A stretch of 64,000 nucleotides of DNA from a virus (lineage: Duplodnaviria; Caudoviricetes): IMG/VR virus record IMGVR_UViG_3300032327_000792, one strand, 5' to 3'. The translations under genes and the position numbers were made by a program. This document shows positions 41,901 through 47,655 of this stretch, one piece after another. Each line of letters opens with the position of its first letter. Positions within the stretch are counted from its first letter, which is position 1. The notes beneath the pieces are model-generated. The model was given only the letters and a program-made list of their open reading frames with translations, made no database searches and was not told the DNA's origin.

Positions 41901-44048
41901 GTCAACGTTGATGGTGGCGCATATATTGATACCTATTCAAGTCACGCACCAGAAGAATTGATTCCAGGCAGTGAGTTTGACACATTGGACATGCGTGTGT
42001 ACACACGTCCGGGCAGTGACTGGGCAGTAAACGGACACGGATTTGCCGAATATTCTCAAGGATTTATAGTTGAACAACTGCCACAGGTGTATAGCTTTAG
42101 CAACTGGTTTAACTTTGTGCCAGCATTGGTCACTGTTTCGCTGGTCAACCAAACAACTGGAATTGATTTAATTCCCGGACTTAACTTCACAGTTAATTGG
42201 GGAACTCAAACATTGACCGTGTTATCTGGGTGTAATGTTGATGACATCTTGATTGGAACAGCGTACGGAGTAGGTGGCGGAAATCAGTTGTTGCAAGCTT
42301 CGTATAATGGTGCTGAAGTAGGCAATAGTCTAACTATCAATGTTCAATATAATCAAATTCAAGAATTGGTATTGTTTGTCAACGGTGTTTATCTTCCGAT
42401 TGAGTTAAATGATTCAACAGAGAATTATAGTTATGTGGCCAGTGCTAACAATACCACAACTATTACTTTCCTTGACACTTACACCACAACTGATTATATT
42501 GCATTGTATGTGATTGGGCCAACAACTATCAACGGAACCACAGTTAATTACAGTTGGAGTTCTCCAGTAACGCAATATATCACTGGAACAACCGGTGTAT
42601 ATACATACAATTTAACCAACAGTCTTGAGTACACTAATCCTGCCAACATGATTGTTAGTGTAAACGGTAGTCGTGCTAGAACCGCAGGGGGCGCTGAATA
42701 CATTGGTGATGGAAGTACAGCCTATTTGATTCCAACCCGTCTAGGATTCAGTCAGGCAATAATTGCCGACAATGAAGTGTTGGTCTATGTCAATGACATC
42801 CCTCAAACACTTGGAGTTGACTTTAGTGTAGAGCCGTGGGACGGCATTACACAGCGCGAAGTTCTATTTGCAACTACACCAGCAATTGGAGATCGAATCT
42901 TGATTGCAGTAACTACAAATACTCAGTGTAGGATCAACAGTGGACAACTGGTATTTGATCCAACACGTGGTCTTGTTCCAAACAATGGAGACATTATTTC
43001 AGTTACTACATGGAACGACACACGTCAACAAAATATTCTCACACAGGTGTATGTTGGTCCAGTGACCACTGGCATAACTGTGTCAGAGGGCTACGACGAC
43101 ACTGATTTTGATCGTGCTACAGTATCTGATACTCCGGGCAGTTTTGATTATTCAGCAGGTGCAACTGTAACGGTCAACAATATACAACTTGGACGAGAAA
43201 TAATTGATCCTGCAAGACTTTGGGTCACAATCAATATCAATAACACAGGCGGCGGCCGCCGTTTGTACTACGGACAAGACTTTACTATTTCGGGCGAAGA
43301 ATTAGTATTATCATCTGGCGTGATAGACTCTACTACCGTGTTGATGATCACAGAATTCACAGACAGTGTGGTTCCTTCGGCCATGGCATTCCGCATTTTC
43401 CAAGACATGCGCGGAGTTCAAGCTGTGTATCGTATAACTCCAGAAACTACTACACAACTATCTCAAGCATTGAGTGCCAGTGACGACATAGTATATGTTG
43501 TTGATGCAGGTGCACTTGATCAGCCTGAATTGTCTAACAACATCTGGGGATTGCTGACAGTCAACGGAGAGCGTATCATGTACCGCGAACGTAATACAGC
43601 AAACAACACTGTTAGTAGTCTATTGAGAGGAACTGCCGGTACTGCCATTGCAGATCATGCTGTAGATGCTGTTGTTTATAATTTAGGTCGTGGTAATTTG
43701 ATGCCAGAATCTTTCCAAAATTATATTGACAGCAATTCATTTATGGGCAATGGAGTTACCACATTATTTGTAGCAACTGATGTCAACGTTGACAGCGAAG
43801 ACAGCACCACAATTGACGAAGCAGTTGAAGTATATGTAGGGGGCATTCGTCAAACTGCCGGATATACAATTATTGGTAGCGGACCGGTGCAAATTGAGTT
43901 TGATTCGGCGCCAATCAACGGCTACGAAGTTACTATTTTGGTACGCCGTGGTGTAACTTGGTATGCTCCTGGAGCAGGTACTCCAAGCAATGGTGTAGCA
44001 TTGCAGGATACTGACACACAGGCCGCAAGGTTCTTAAGGGGGCTGTAA
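29946..44048 (+). CDS. giant (4700 aa) modular virion/baseplate protein, gp7-position
   Basis: Follows gp6. Contains cupredoxin-like LTL.RG..Y.F motifs, many Ig-like V..NG...G.DYT repeats, FG-GAP-like repeats and CBM5/12-like W....Y..G..V.Y motifs. Confidence 0.7.
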   Translation: MARVRTVDFLPEIFQTSTNRQFLGATLDQLVQEPKFKSIQGFVGRKVGPGINSQENYIAEPTAVRANYQLEPGVVFLSEDRQTVEDAVTYPGITDALTVQGAITNNADRLYTSDYYTWDPFVDFDKFVNFNQYYWLPAGPDSVDVFAEAVATTDDFDVTRANGVYTFSGVAGENPVLTLVRGGNYTFNVAQNAKETVNFRVTNQGTSAYVIDYQNNPILTLTRGNTYVFNMILNRDLPMYIKTEPTLGTTNQYNTGVTNNGISEGLITFVVPQDAPNTLYYVNPTQPNMQGQINIVDGTSGTGPGFWIQTVPGINGRIPSTPNISSRNVLGVINNGEDLGTVSFNVPLSTAQNFYYTLDTIGSIPGKSPGTVDLIVSDLKFNEINNQYVEPFLKRTGGIDGSTSLNGKTIVFLNEITDAQDGGWQVTTQFDPLPNAGNVESGAGSYDTTLFDQTTDVPTAQRYSVWQIQYVTTNDGSQYIKLVDVLSVSNLEKFTITNGTQYSSTQWYKDAEGYFQQIPLLTAVLDTLYYQDGTDPGIFGRIKLINQDQVDTLDITDIIDKQNYTSPNGVVFTNGLKVQFNGSVNPSSYQNQEYYVEGVGTAIKLLPVANFVTPETYTQSATVPYDSTGYDIGNYDASLNQPLIPDYLTINRASQDLNAWTRSNRWFHIDVINATAEYNNTVATLDNNFRAKRPVLEYRAGTRLFDFGTQGKQPVDIIDFAATDALSTINGTTGYSTDGYTFITGSRIIFANDSDPQVRNKIYVVEFIIPDSVPPLIAQPIINLVPASDATVLVDQTVVCLSGIKQQGLSFYFDGVEWLSAQEKTQTNQAPLFDVYDLDGVSFSNRAKYPSTNFVGNKLFSYAQVSGVNDTVLGFPLRYLSLANVGDIVFENNLYNDTFTYTKDSVSSTENISQGLVRQYSNRTVFAKEIGWQTAIAKSITRQQFRFVYDGQPLTMDIAVNNTSPLPALQVYVSGEFIDPTNYSYAVTSNSTTLTINADIAVGEVIEVDAISDQTSKVAFYEVPVNLENNPLNKNSPTFTLGTVRSHYETIGQNLKDIVGPINGANNTRDLGDISRYGTNILQQSSPMTLAGYFMRSEQYNIFNALNFNSREYEKFKAQLLDTAVRNDYTNYTIPDMLTAVISDITTGRTQFNPFYWSDMLPASSVFSQTTTTYTPISTPVFDLSTTYDFSSSNYQSVLVYVNNVLLTVGYDYTVATDGPRLTVTSPLAVGDVIVIREYATTYGSFVPNTPTKLGLYPAFKPQIYLDTTYVTPTLVIQGHDGSKTVAFDDFRDSLLLEFETRIYNNLKIKSAIPLPAVEVIPGQFRTTDYTLAEVNQILSTDFLSWIGWNKLDYKSQDYNASNEFTWNYIASGNKLSDTTDIREEAPLPAGAWRGIYRYFFDTDYPDTRPWEMLGFTEEPAWWQDIYGAAPYTSGNLVLWDDLELGRVADPAGEYILPQYARPGLSQVIPTGDEGQLLSPFDTVVGLYDSSQFQKSWTFGDGGPVEATWFKSSSYPFAVMRLLALTRPAEFFSLFVDRDLYKFDTELDQYLYNNRYRLDANGVEVYGNGVSKASYIDWIVDYNQLLGLDSTTRLTADLAKLDVRLCYRLGSFTDKQYLKIYTEKSSPNSLNSSLLLPDESYNLLLYKNQPFERTVYSSVIVQAVDGGYAVYGYSITDPYFEILASRTSGTKITIEAGGSIVRVPNEYTKDVVQVPYGYVFANQTVVADFLLSYGALLESQGLIFDSRENGRTLNWNQMAQEFLYWANQGWQTGSVINLNPTATSLTAFKEQAIVDSVIAQTPENLILDQNRTTLPVRDLVVDRFENVFKISSLSNQTISYIDLKYTSYESMVVLDNVSIFNDLIYDPATGARQGRVNVSAAVSADWTGQLDAQGFILNNRASVKNWEPNRKYAKGEIVLYKTNYWSAQTIVQPSVEFQYSNWVKSDYTKIQNGLLENIPNKANQLANSYNTVTANLESDQDLLSYGLIGFRPRQYMTALNLDDVSQVNVYQQFLKDKGTIRSVRLLGNANLQKEVAEYDIFENWAIQRSAYGANANRSFFELQLNEALLESDPALIQVIEPQQTSQADQTVLLDNIWRESYKLTSVNILPTTTTSVQDAALPTAGYVNIDDVDVTVFSLLGDLGISPAVLDTVGVGTTIWAAKSNSYDWNIYRCSGVPGRILNISSNLDTTSTVTFSQPHGLSVDSIIIIRYVNDQINNVYRVLAVPGATEIVIQLPVTVLTGLSNIALQGIAYNLQTMRVTQASDVIDLPYVDSLLPGARAWVDNNGSGLWEVIEKQAPFTAHFEMTPNALVANTRYGASIAQGINNIIALVGAPAYSSTGAVYPYLRDSDNQYAQSSLLLLGATATAGYGNAVDIGNQEWCVIGASESNSQTGYAGVVYRGATTNAFEQRQLLVAPFGDYNDVSEFGYSVTISRDERWMYIGAPAENKVYAFGRVDTEDQSVKYITDGISFLYNYSDSIVIDNNLQLNVILNNQLLTLGVDYTVSGTNIALDNTPLAGQILLIIRKTAQSYTGNGSTTNFNLENYLYTVDNNDYFSFSVTVNGALQRPYIDYTWASGSITFITAPINQAAIVANAKTYFSPVETITVAGLASDARFGQSVATTTDGRQIVIGCPNDTVDTISDAGSVYTVDRSVTRVIVSDSDITTYTLPSGFQAPVSVLLNNTFLTNADQFINGQFTVVGSNVVLESNVELNVGDILEFESNIFNSIQNFSADAPFQASNFGQTVDVCPNNCSVYIGAPQDGTVLPEAGSVDRRVNQARIYGVITSPSMSAYPTLVPGQTIRIQNTPVTVSTPDSWNINLAWNKDDLVINGATIYKALRAVPIGTNILDASYWLSASWTDVLANDIVSAAIPNITASSTNGLLTISVVNIEAADELNRLTVLPGTSGTAFANLGFDVYAYTQTITSPNPVPSAAFGSSVFIDSEADNLVVGAPGGNLYEPVTFDGGSTYFDDNSTLFSSTIIQSGVVYTFDYLPSSTDSVSNPGQFVFGQQVYDNSVSALDQWGTAVNYTTGRLLIGSPGSDLGDSTLSELNYGRVGVFNNIDRKRAWTVIHQQQPVVDVYLLNSVYMYNKLQSSQTQFFDFIDPLQGKILGAARQNINYISVADPAKYNVGTINNNGNFWAESHVGEIWWNIDRARFIDPNQDDIVYASRRWNQLFPGSSIDIYQWIESSVPPATYTGPGTPLDTTSYVVTSRLTPQGTFGTQYYFWVTGINTINTSAGKTLSTTGIARYIESPRSSGIPYIAAINASTVAIYNGLEFISAQDTILHVEYDREFTENNIHTEFELIAQDRPDSFLSDGLYRKLQDSFCGVNTTGARVPDATLSPPEQYGVQFRPRQSMFVDRFSALENYLVRANATLKNYPIVETRKFTLLNSQEPEPTVASGEWNMRLANIEQLGYQDLQEVPLGYKYLIVSDSTNNGLWTIYTVIAGSTLLGSPNVTQLSRVQTYDTRKYWYYIDWYQPGYNSGIIPVAEVLNYASLATVTVSVGASVKVTANAQGKFEIYLRTDIGWDRVGLQDGTIQFREELWNYAVGLFGFDVEVFDAQYFDSEPVTETRKIIQAINEELFIDELAIERNRLLILMFNFILSEQQAPEWLIKTSLIDVEHRIRELIPFQIYRQDNQEFVLDYLQEVKPYHVQVREFNLAYNGQDIYSGMMTDFDCPAYYNINLLIPQYISPILLPYTQSTAIGTGTPNANSDTAADAQIWTENPWSEWYNNYLLSVQDTTVVDGGAGYTVEPQVIVTGTAITPAEMTAIINTAGEVIGINIVNPGVGYSTDAVITFVGGNGVGARAVAVMGNELVRSIKTTIKYDRYQYTSTIVDWEANVNYDNGTQVRYNNEVWQADSGDSSGVQSATFDPENWLLVNPGTLSGVDRTQGYYTPGPNEIGLDLPLLIDGLDYPGVQVFGPLFSQNTGYDVGNFDINPFDNISFGPEGRPTYDPAILDAIYESPYLDPFLGTRATDVNVDGGAYIDTYSSHAPEELIPGSEFDTLDMRVYTRPGSDWAVNGHGFAEYSQGFIVEQLPQVYSFSNWFNFVPALVTVSLVNQTTGIDLIPGLNFTVNWGTQTLTVLSGCNVDDILIGTAYGVGGGNQLLQASYNGAEVGNSLTINVQYNQIQELVLFVNGVYLPIELNDSTENYSYVASANNTTTITFLDTYTTTDYIALYVIGPTTINGTTVNYSWSSPVTQYITGTTGVYTYNLTNSLEYTNPANMIVSVNGSRARTAGGAEYIGDGSTAYLIPTRLGFSQAIIADNEVLVYVNDIPQTLGVDFSVEPWDGITQREVLFATTPAIGDRILIAVTTNTQCRINSGQLVFDPTRGLVPNNGDIISVTTWNDTRQQNILTQVYVGPVTTGITVSEGYDDTDFDRATVSDTPGSFDYSAGATVTVNNIQLGREIIDPARLWVTININNTGGGRRLYYGQDFTISGEELVLSSGVIDSTTVLMITEFTDSVVPSAMAFRIFQDMRGVQAVYRITPETTTQLSQALSASDDIVYVVDAGALDQPELSNNIWGLLTVNGERIMYRERNTANNTVSSLLRGTAGTAIADHAVDAVVYNLGRGNLMPESFQNYIDSNSFMGNGVTTLFVATDVNVDSEDSTTIDEAVEVYVGGIRQTAGYTIIGSGPVQIEFDSAPINGYEVTILVRRGVTWYAPGAGTPSNGVALQDTDTQAARFLRGL

Positions 44049-44055
44049 ATCCAGC

Positions 44056-44061
44056 TAAATA
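44056..44061 (+). promoter_or_regulatory. late promoter core TAAATA
   Basis: CTAAATA-AATC-ATG(44066). Confidence 0.55.
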
Positions 44062-44065
44062 AATC

Positions 44066-44212
44066 ATGACGCAAAATACCACACAAAATCCGCCGGTTGT
44101 TCAACAGCCAGCTCCAAAAAAACCCAACGATACAGGATCTATATCAGTTGAAGGCTTTGTGCGTATTTTTGATCCAGAGACCAAAGAAGTATTTGTGGAG
44201 AAACGAGCATGA
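44066..44212 (+). CDS. small protein (48 aa) paralogous to the N-terminus of the next gene
   Basis: Manual translation MTQNTTQNPPVVQQPAPKKPNDTGSISVEGFVRIFDPETKEVFVEKRA*; ATGA overlap with 44209. Confidence 0.65.
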   Translation: MTQNTTQNPPVVQQPAPKKPNDTGSISVEGFVRIFDPETKEVFVEKRA

Positions 44213-44814
44213 TTCAACCCGGGTTGGCCAAAATTGAAGGATTTGTTAAAATTTTCAATCCTGAGACAGGCGAAGTATTGGTAGACAAAAAGAATGCTAT
44301 TCATTATGAGAATATCAGTATTGCAATGGCACAAACATTGAGTGATAGAAATCTAGGCTATATTTACTTGATGGCGTTTGGCAATGGTGGCTCAAGTGTG
44401 GACCCAACTGGAGTTATTACATACTTGCCCCCAAATACCACAGGTCAAAATGCTGACTTGTACAACGAAACTTATACCAAAGTAGTTGACGATAACTCAG
44501 CTGCCAACACTGATCCTGCCAACAACAAAATGACAGTGTTACACACCACTGGCAAGGTTTATACTGATATTTTAGTTCAATGTTTGTTGGATTATGGCGA
44601 GCCTGTAGGACAACAAGCATTTGACAACAGTACCAATTTCAATGGTGAATTTGTATTTGACGAGTTAGGTCTAAAAACCTGGAACGGATCAGCCACAGAT
44701 TTGCGTTTGATCACACATGTGATTTTTCACCCAGTGCAAAAGAGCTTGAACAGACAGATACAGATTGATTATACATTGCGTATCCAAACGTTGACAAATC
44801 TCAGCGCCGCATAA
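44209..44814 (+). CDS. hypothetical virion structural protein (201 aa)
   Basis: Beta-rich ORF within the baseplate/fibre block. Confidence 0.6.
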   Translation: MIQPGLAKIEGFVKIFNPETGEVLVDKKNAIHYENISIAMAQTLSDRNLGYIYLMAFGNGGSSVDPTGVITYLPPNTTGQNADLYNETYTKVVDDNSAANTDPANNKMTVLHTTGKVYTDILVQCLLDYGEPVGQQAFDNSTNFNGEFVFDELGLKTWNGSATDLRLITHVIFHPVQKSLNRQIQIDYTLRIQTLTNLSAA

Positions 44815-44842
44815 ATATGTGTATATTATTGACGAATAAATA
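44812..44842 (+). promoter_or_regulatory. two late promoter cores (44812-44817, 44837-44842) before GGAG SD
   Basis: CATAAATA and GAATAAATA, then GGACGGAG upstream of ATG 44868. Confidence 0.5.
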
Positions 44843-44867
44843 AAGATAGGACGGAGAGTAAAACAAC

Positions 44868-46151
44868 ATGGCATATACAATTAACTTAACCGATGGCACT
44901 ATATTTGCTACAGTAGCAGATGGTACTATCAACACTTCTAGCTCAATGACGCTGGTGGGTAAAAACTACGCCGGTTATGGCGAGTTTTTGGATGAAAACT
45001 TTATCCACTTGTTGGAGAATTCATCCAACACCACTGCCCCTGGAGCTCCGTTGGAAGGACAGTTATGGTGGGATTCTGGAGCAAACGTAATGAAAGCCTG
45101 GAACGGATCAACATGGAAAACTATCAGTAGTGCTACTGCTAGTTCAACTGCTCCTACATCCAACGTCACAGGCGATTTATGGTACGACACTGTGAACGCT
45201 CAGTTAAAGGTATGGACAGGTACTACATTTTTGTTAGTGGGTCCGGCGTTTACTGCCGGCACAGGCACAACAGGTGCCATTGTTGATACCATCATTGACA
45301 ACACCAGCACCAGCCACGTTGTAATCAAATTCTATGTTGAAGATGCTGTTATTGCTATCATGTCAAAAGACGCAGCATTTACTCCGCAGGCAGCCATTCC
45401 AGGATGGGGATCTGGTCAACAGGTTCGACCTGGTATGACCATGAGCTCCGGTAGTGCCAGTTATTTGTTCCAAGGAACAGCATTAGATGCACAATTACTG
45501 GATGGAATTGACTCAACAGGATTTTTAAGTGCAACTACCAACGATACTACATCAGGAACGTTGGGAGTGTTAAATGACACAGGTTTGTCAGTGGGAGTAG
45601 ATTCTGATTTACGAATGAGTGTATCAGGAGTAAACACCACTATTGCCAATCAAACTTCAAATGGTAACTTGGCATTCTCAGTCAACGTTGGTGGAACACC
45701 AACCACAGCATTGACAATTTTTGGCGCAAACGGCACAGTTTCAGGCAATCAAATCAATGCCAACTACGCTGACGTTGCAGAGCGTTTTGAATCAGACTTG
45801 ATCTATGATGCTGGCACAGTGGTCGAACTAGGTGGTACAGCAGAAATCACCAAAGTCAGTGCCGAACTAAGCGATAAAGTGCTTGGTGTGATAAGTACTA
45901 GAGCAGCATATTTGATGAACAGCAACGCAGGCACAGACGCCACACATCCACCAGTTGCAATGACTGGACGTGTGCCAGTTAACACAATTGGTACAATTCG
46001 CAAAGGCGATCGTCTTGTTTCAGCTGGCAACGGATTAGCAAGAGCAGCACAACCAGGAGAAGCTACTGCATTTAACGTTATTGGTCGTGCGTTGGCAGAT
46101 AAGACAAGCGCAGAACAGGGAACTGTAGAAGCAATTGTAACAATTAAGTAA
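44868..46151 (+). CDS. fibre/baseplate-wedge-like protein with C-terminal intramolecular chaperone (Peptidase G2-like)
   Basis: LVGKNY.GYGE..DENF..LLE, GQLWWD/GDLWYD repeats; C-terminal YADVAERF, GTVV..GG, VLGVIS, GRVPV...G.IRKGDRLVS. Confidence 0.65.
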   Translation: MAYTINLTDGTIFATVADGTINTSSSMTLVGKNYAGYGEFLDENFIHLLENSSNTTAPGAPLEGQLWWDSGANVMKAWNGSTWKTISSATASSTAPTSNVTGDLWYDTVNAQLKVWTGTTFLLVGPAFTAGTGTTGAIVDTIIDNTSTSHVVIKFYVEDAVIAIMSKDAAFTPQAAIPGWGSGQQVRPGMTMSSGSASYLFQGTALDAQLLDGIDSTGFLSATTNDTTSGTLGVLNDTGLSVGVDSDLRMSVSGVNTTIANQTSNGNLAFSVNVGGTPTTALTIFGANGTVSGNQINANYADVAERFESDLIYDAGTVVELGGTAEITKVSAELSDKVLGVISTRAAYLMNSNAGTDATHPPVAMTGRVPVNTIGTIRKGDRLVSAGNGLARAAQPGEATAFNVIGRALADKTSAEQGTVEAIVTIK

Positions 46152-46181
46152 AGAAAAGAAGAAAAATAATTGATTAACCCA

Positions 46182-46274
46182 GCTATAGCATTAACAATGA
46201 CGCCAATGGTACAACCATTTTACTGCTGTTTAACAGTAGAACGCCGTTGAGTTATAGCGTTGAGATCGATCAAC
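46182..46274 (+). promoter_or_regulatory. candidate structured leader RNA (three-way junction plus hairpin) upstream of fibre-like gene
   Basis: Nested stems with G.U pairs on the plus strand (see findings). Confidence 0.5.
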
Positions 46275-46295
46275 TAATACAAAGGGAAACAAAAA

Positions 46296-47279
46296 ATGAC
46301 ATATTCAGTAGGCGGATTAATACAAGCAACAGATTACAATGGATTTGCATCCACCACCGCAGGAGCAAACGCTAATAGCATTTGGGGCACCGGCGCCACG
46401 GACATTGGATACGGACAATCAACAATATTAGACACTGTGGCTGCAGGTGCAATAGTGTCTGCTACCCAGTGGGCCAGTTTAAACAGTCGTATCAGCACAA
46501 TAGCCAGTCATCAAGGCACTGCAATCACATCAAGAACCAATCCAGTAGCAGGAGGTACCATTGCTATTTTGGCGGCACTCAACACAGACTTGACTAACCT
46601 TACAACCAACCGTGGTAGTGCTGCTGCAAGTGGCACCCAGTATACAGCGTGGACAGGCACATCAAGCAAAGACTCGGCCACTGGTTCTGGAGGCGATCCT
46701 TGGACCATAACATTCACACACACAATCACATTTGCCAATGCTGCCAGTGCCAGATATTTCTTCAACGCAGGCGGACGTATCAAGTGGGAAACATCAAAAA
46801 CATCCACAGGCACAACAGCTGATGACGAGTGGAATGATTTGGCCAATACATTGGTAGGTGATATCTATATCACCGGCGGAACAGCCACACAGACCATTGC
46901 AGGTACAGCATACACCGGCACCACTAGCATAGGTGGCACTGGAACTCCAACTACCTTGGCCACCACAACCGGATTCTATGATTTGACAACAACGCCAACA
47001 ACTATTTACAAACAGTTTGCCGATACATATTTGTACACTGATCAATTTATTCAAATCAATGCCAGTGTCAACGCAGGCGGCACTGCGATTACGTTAACAA
47101 CACTCTGGACTGATCCAGGCGGCGGCTTCTTTCCAAACGACAATATTTCAGGCGGCACAACTACAACAGGTATTTCATTTGGTACAGCACCCGCAACAGT
47201 GGTCACATATTTTCCACCAAGCACAAACAATCTAACCAATACTTGGGGCACACCAACTGTAGCAGCCACTGTAGCGTAA
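46296..47279 (+). CDS. Thr/Gly-rich fibre/collar-like virion protein (327 aa)
   Basis: IQATDYN, GYGQS, FTHTITF.....ARYFFNAGG.I pattern; last gene before a strong terminator. Confidence 0.55.
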   Translation: MTYSVGGLIQATDYNGFASTTAGANANSIWGTGATDIGYGQSTILDTVAAGAIVSATQWASLNSRISTIASHQGTAITSRTNPVAGGTIAILAALNTDLTNLTTNRGSAAASGTQYTAWTGTSSKDSATGSGGDPWTITFTHTITFANAASARYFFNAGGRIKWETSKTSTGTTADDEWNDLANTLVGDIYITGGTATQTIAGTAYTGTTSIGGTGTPTTLATTTGFYDLTTTPTTIYKQFADTYLYTDQFIQINASVNAGGTAITLTTLWTDPGGGFFPNDNISGGTTTTGISFGTAPATVVTYFPPSTNNLTNTWGTPTVAATVA

Positions 47280-47297
47280 TCAACCTCAGCTTTACCA

Positions 47298-47325
47298 AAA
47301 GGGCGTTCGCGCCCTTTACTTTTTT
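47298..47325 (+). terminator. intrinsic terminator ending the tail module
   Basis: AAAGGGCG-TTCG-CGCCCTTT followed by ACTTTTTT. Confidence 0.9.
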
Positions 47326-47343
47326 CAAAATATGTTGTACAAT
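47315..47343 (+). promoter_or_regulatory. sigma70-type promoter for the enzyme cluster
   Basis: TTTACT-17 nt-TACAAT ending 6 nt before ATG 47350. Confidence 0.55.
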
Positions 47344-47349
47344 TAATCT

Positions 47350-47655
47350 ATGAATACTGATCAACTAGTTTCTCACTCACGAGCTCGATTTGAGCACGTT
47401 GCTACTCGTCGACTGCTCAAAGAAAAATACCAAGGCAAAATGACATTTGCATGGAATGGCGGCATGTTTCGAGCAACTCCTGAAATGATAACATTTTTAA
47501 GTTTGTACGGCGACAAGCCAATTGTTGTACAAGATTTATACGAAAATCCCGTTGAAGTAAATGCCAAGCAAGTGTGCGAGTTTATGAAGGAACGATTGCA
47601 AGAGCAAATGAATGCATGGTTAGTGGAATTTCAAGAAGCCAACAAAAACAGATGA
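47350..47655 (+). CDS. hypothetical protein (101 aa)
   Basis: First ORF of a tightly overlapping operon. Confidence 0.7.
   Translation: MNTDQLVSHSRARFEHVATRRLLKEKYQGKMTFAWNGGMFRATPEMITFLSLYGDKPIVVQDLYENPVEVNAKQVCEFMKERLQEQMNAWLVEFQEANKNR

Noticed and set aside
46182-46258. tRNA-like appearance of the structured intergenic element
   Set aside because: No TTCRA T-loop, D-loop GG or 7-nt anticodon loop; geometry is a three-way junction, not a cloverleaf.
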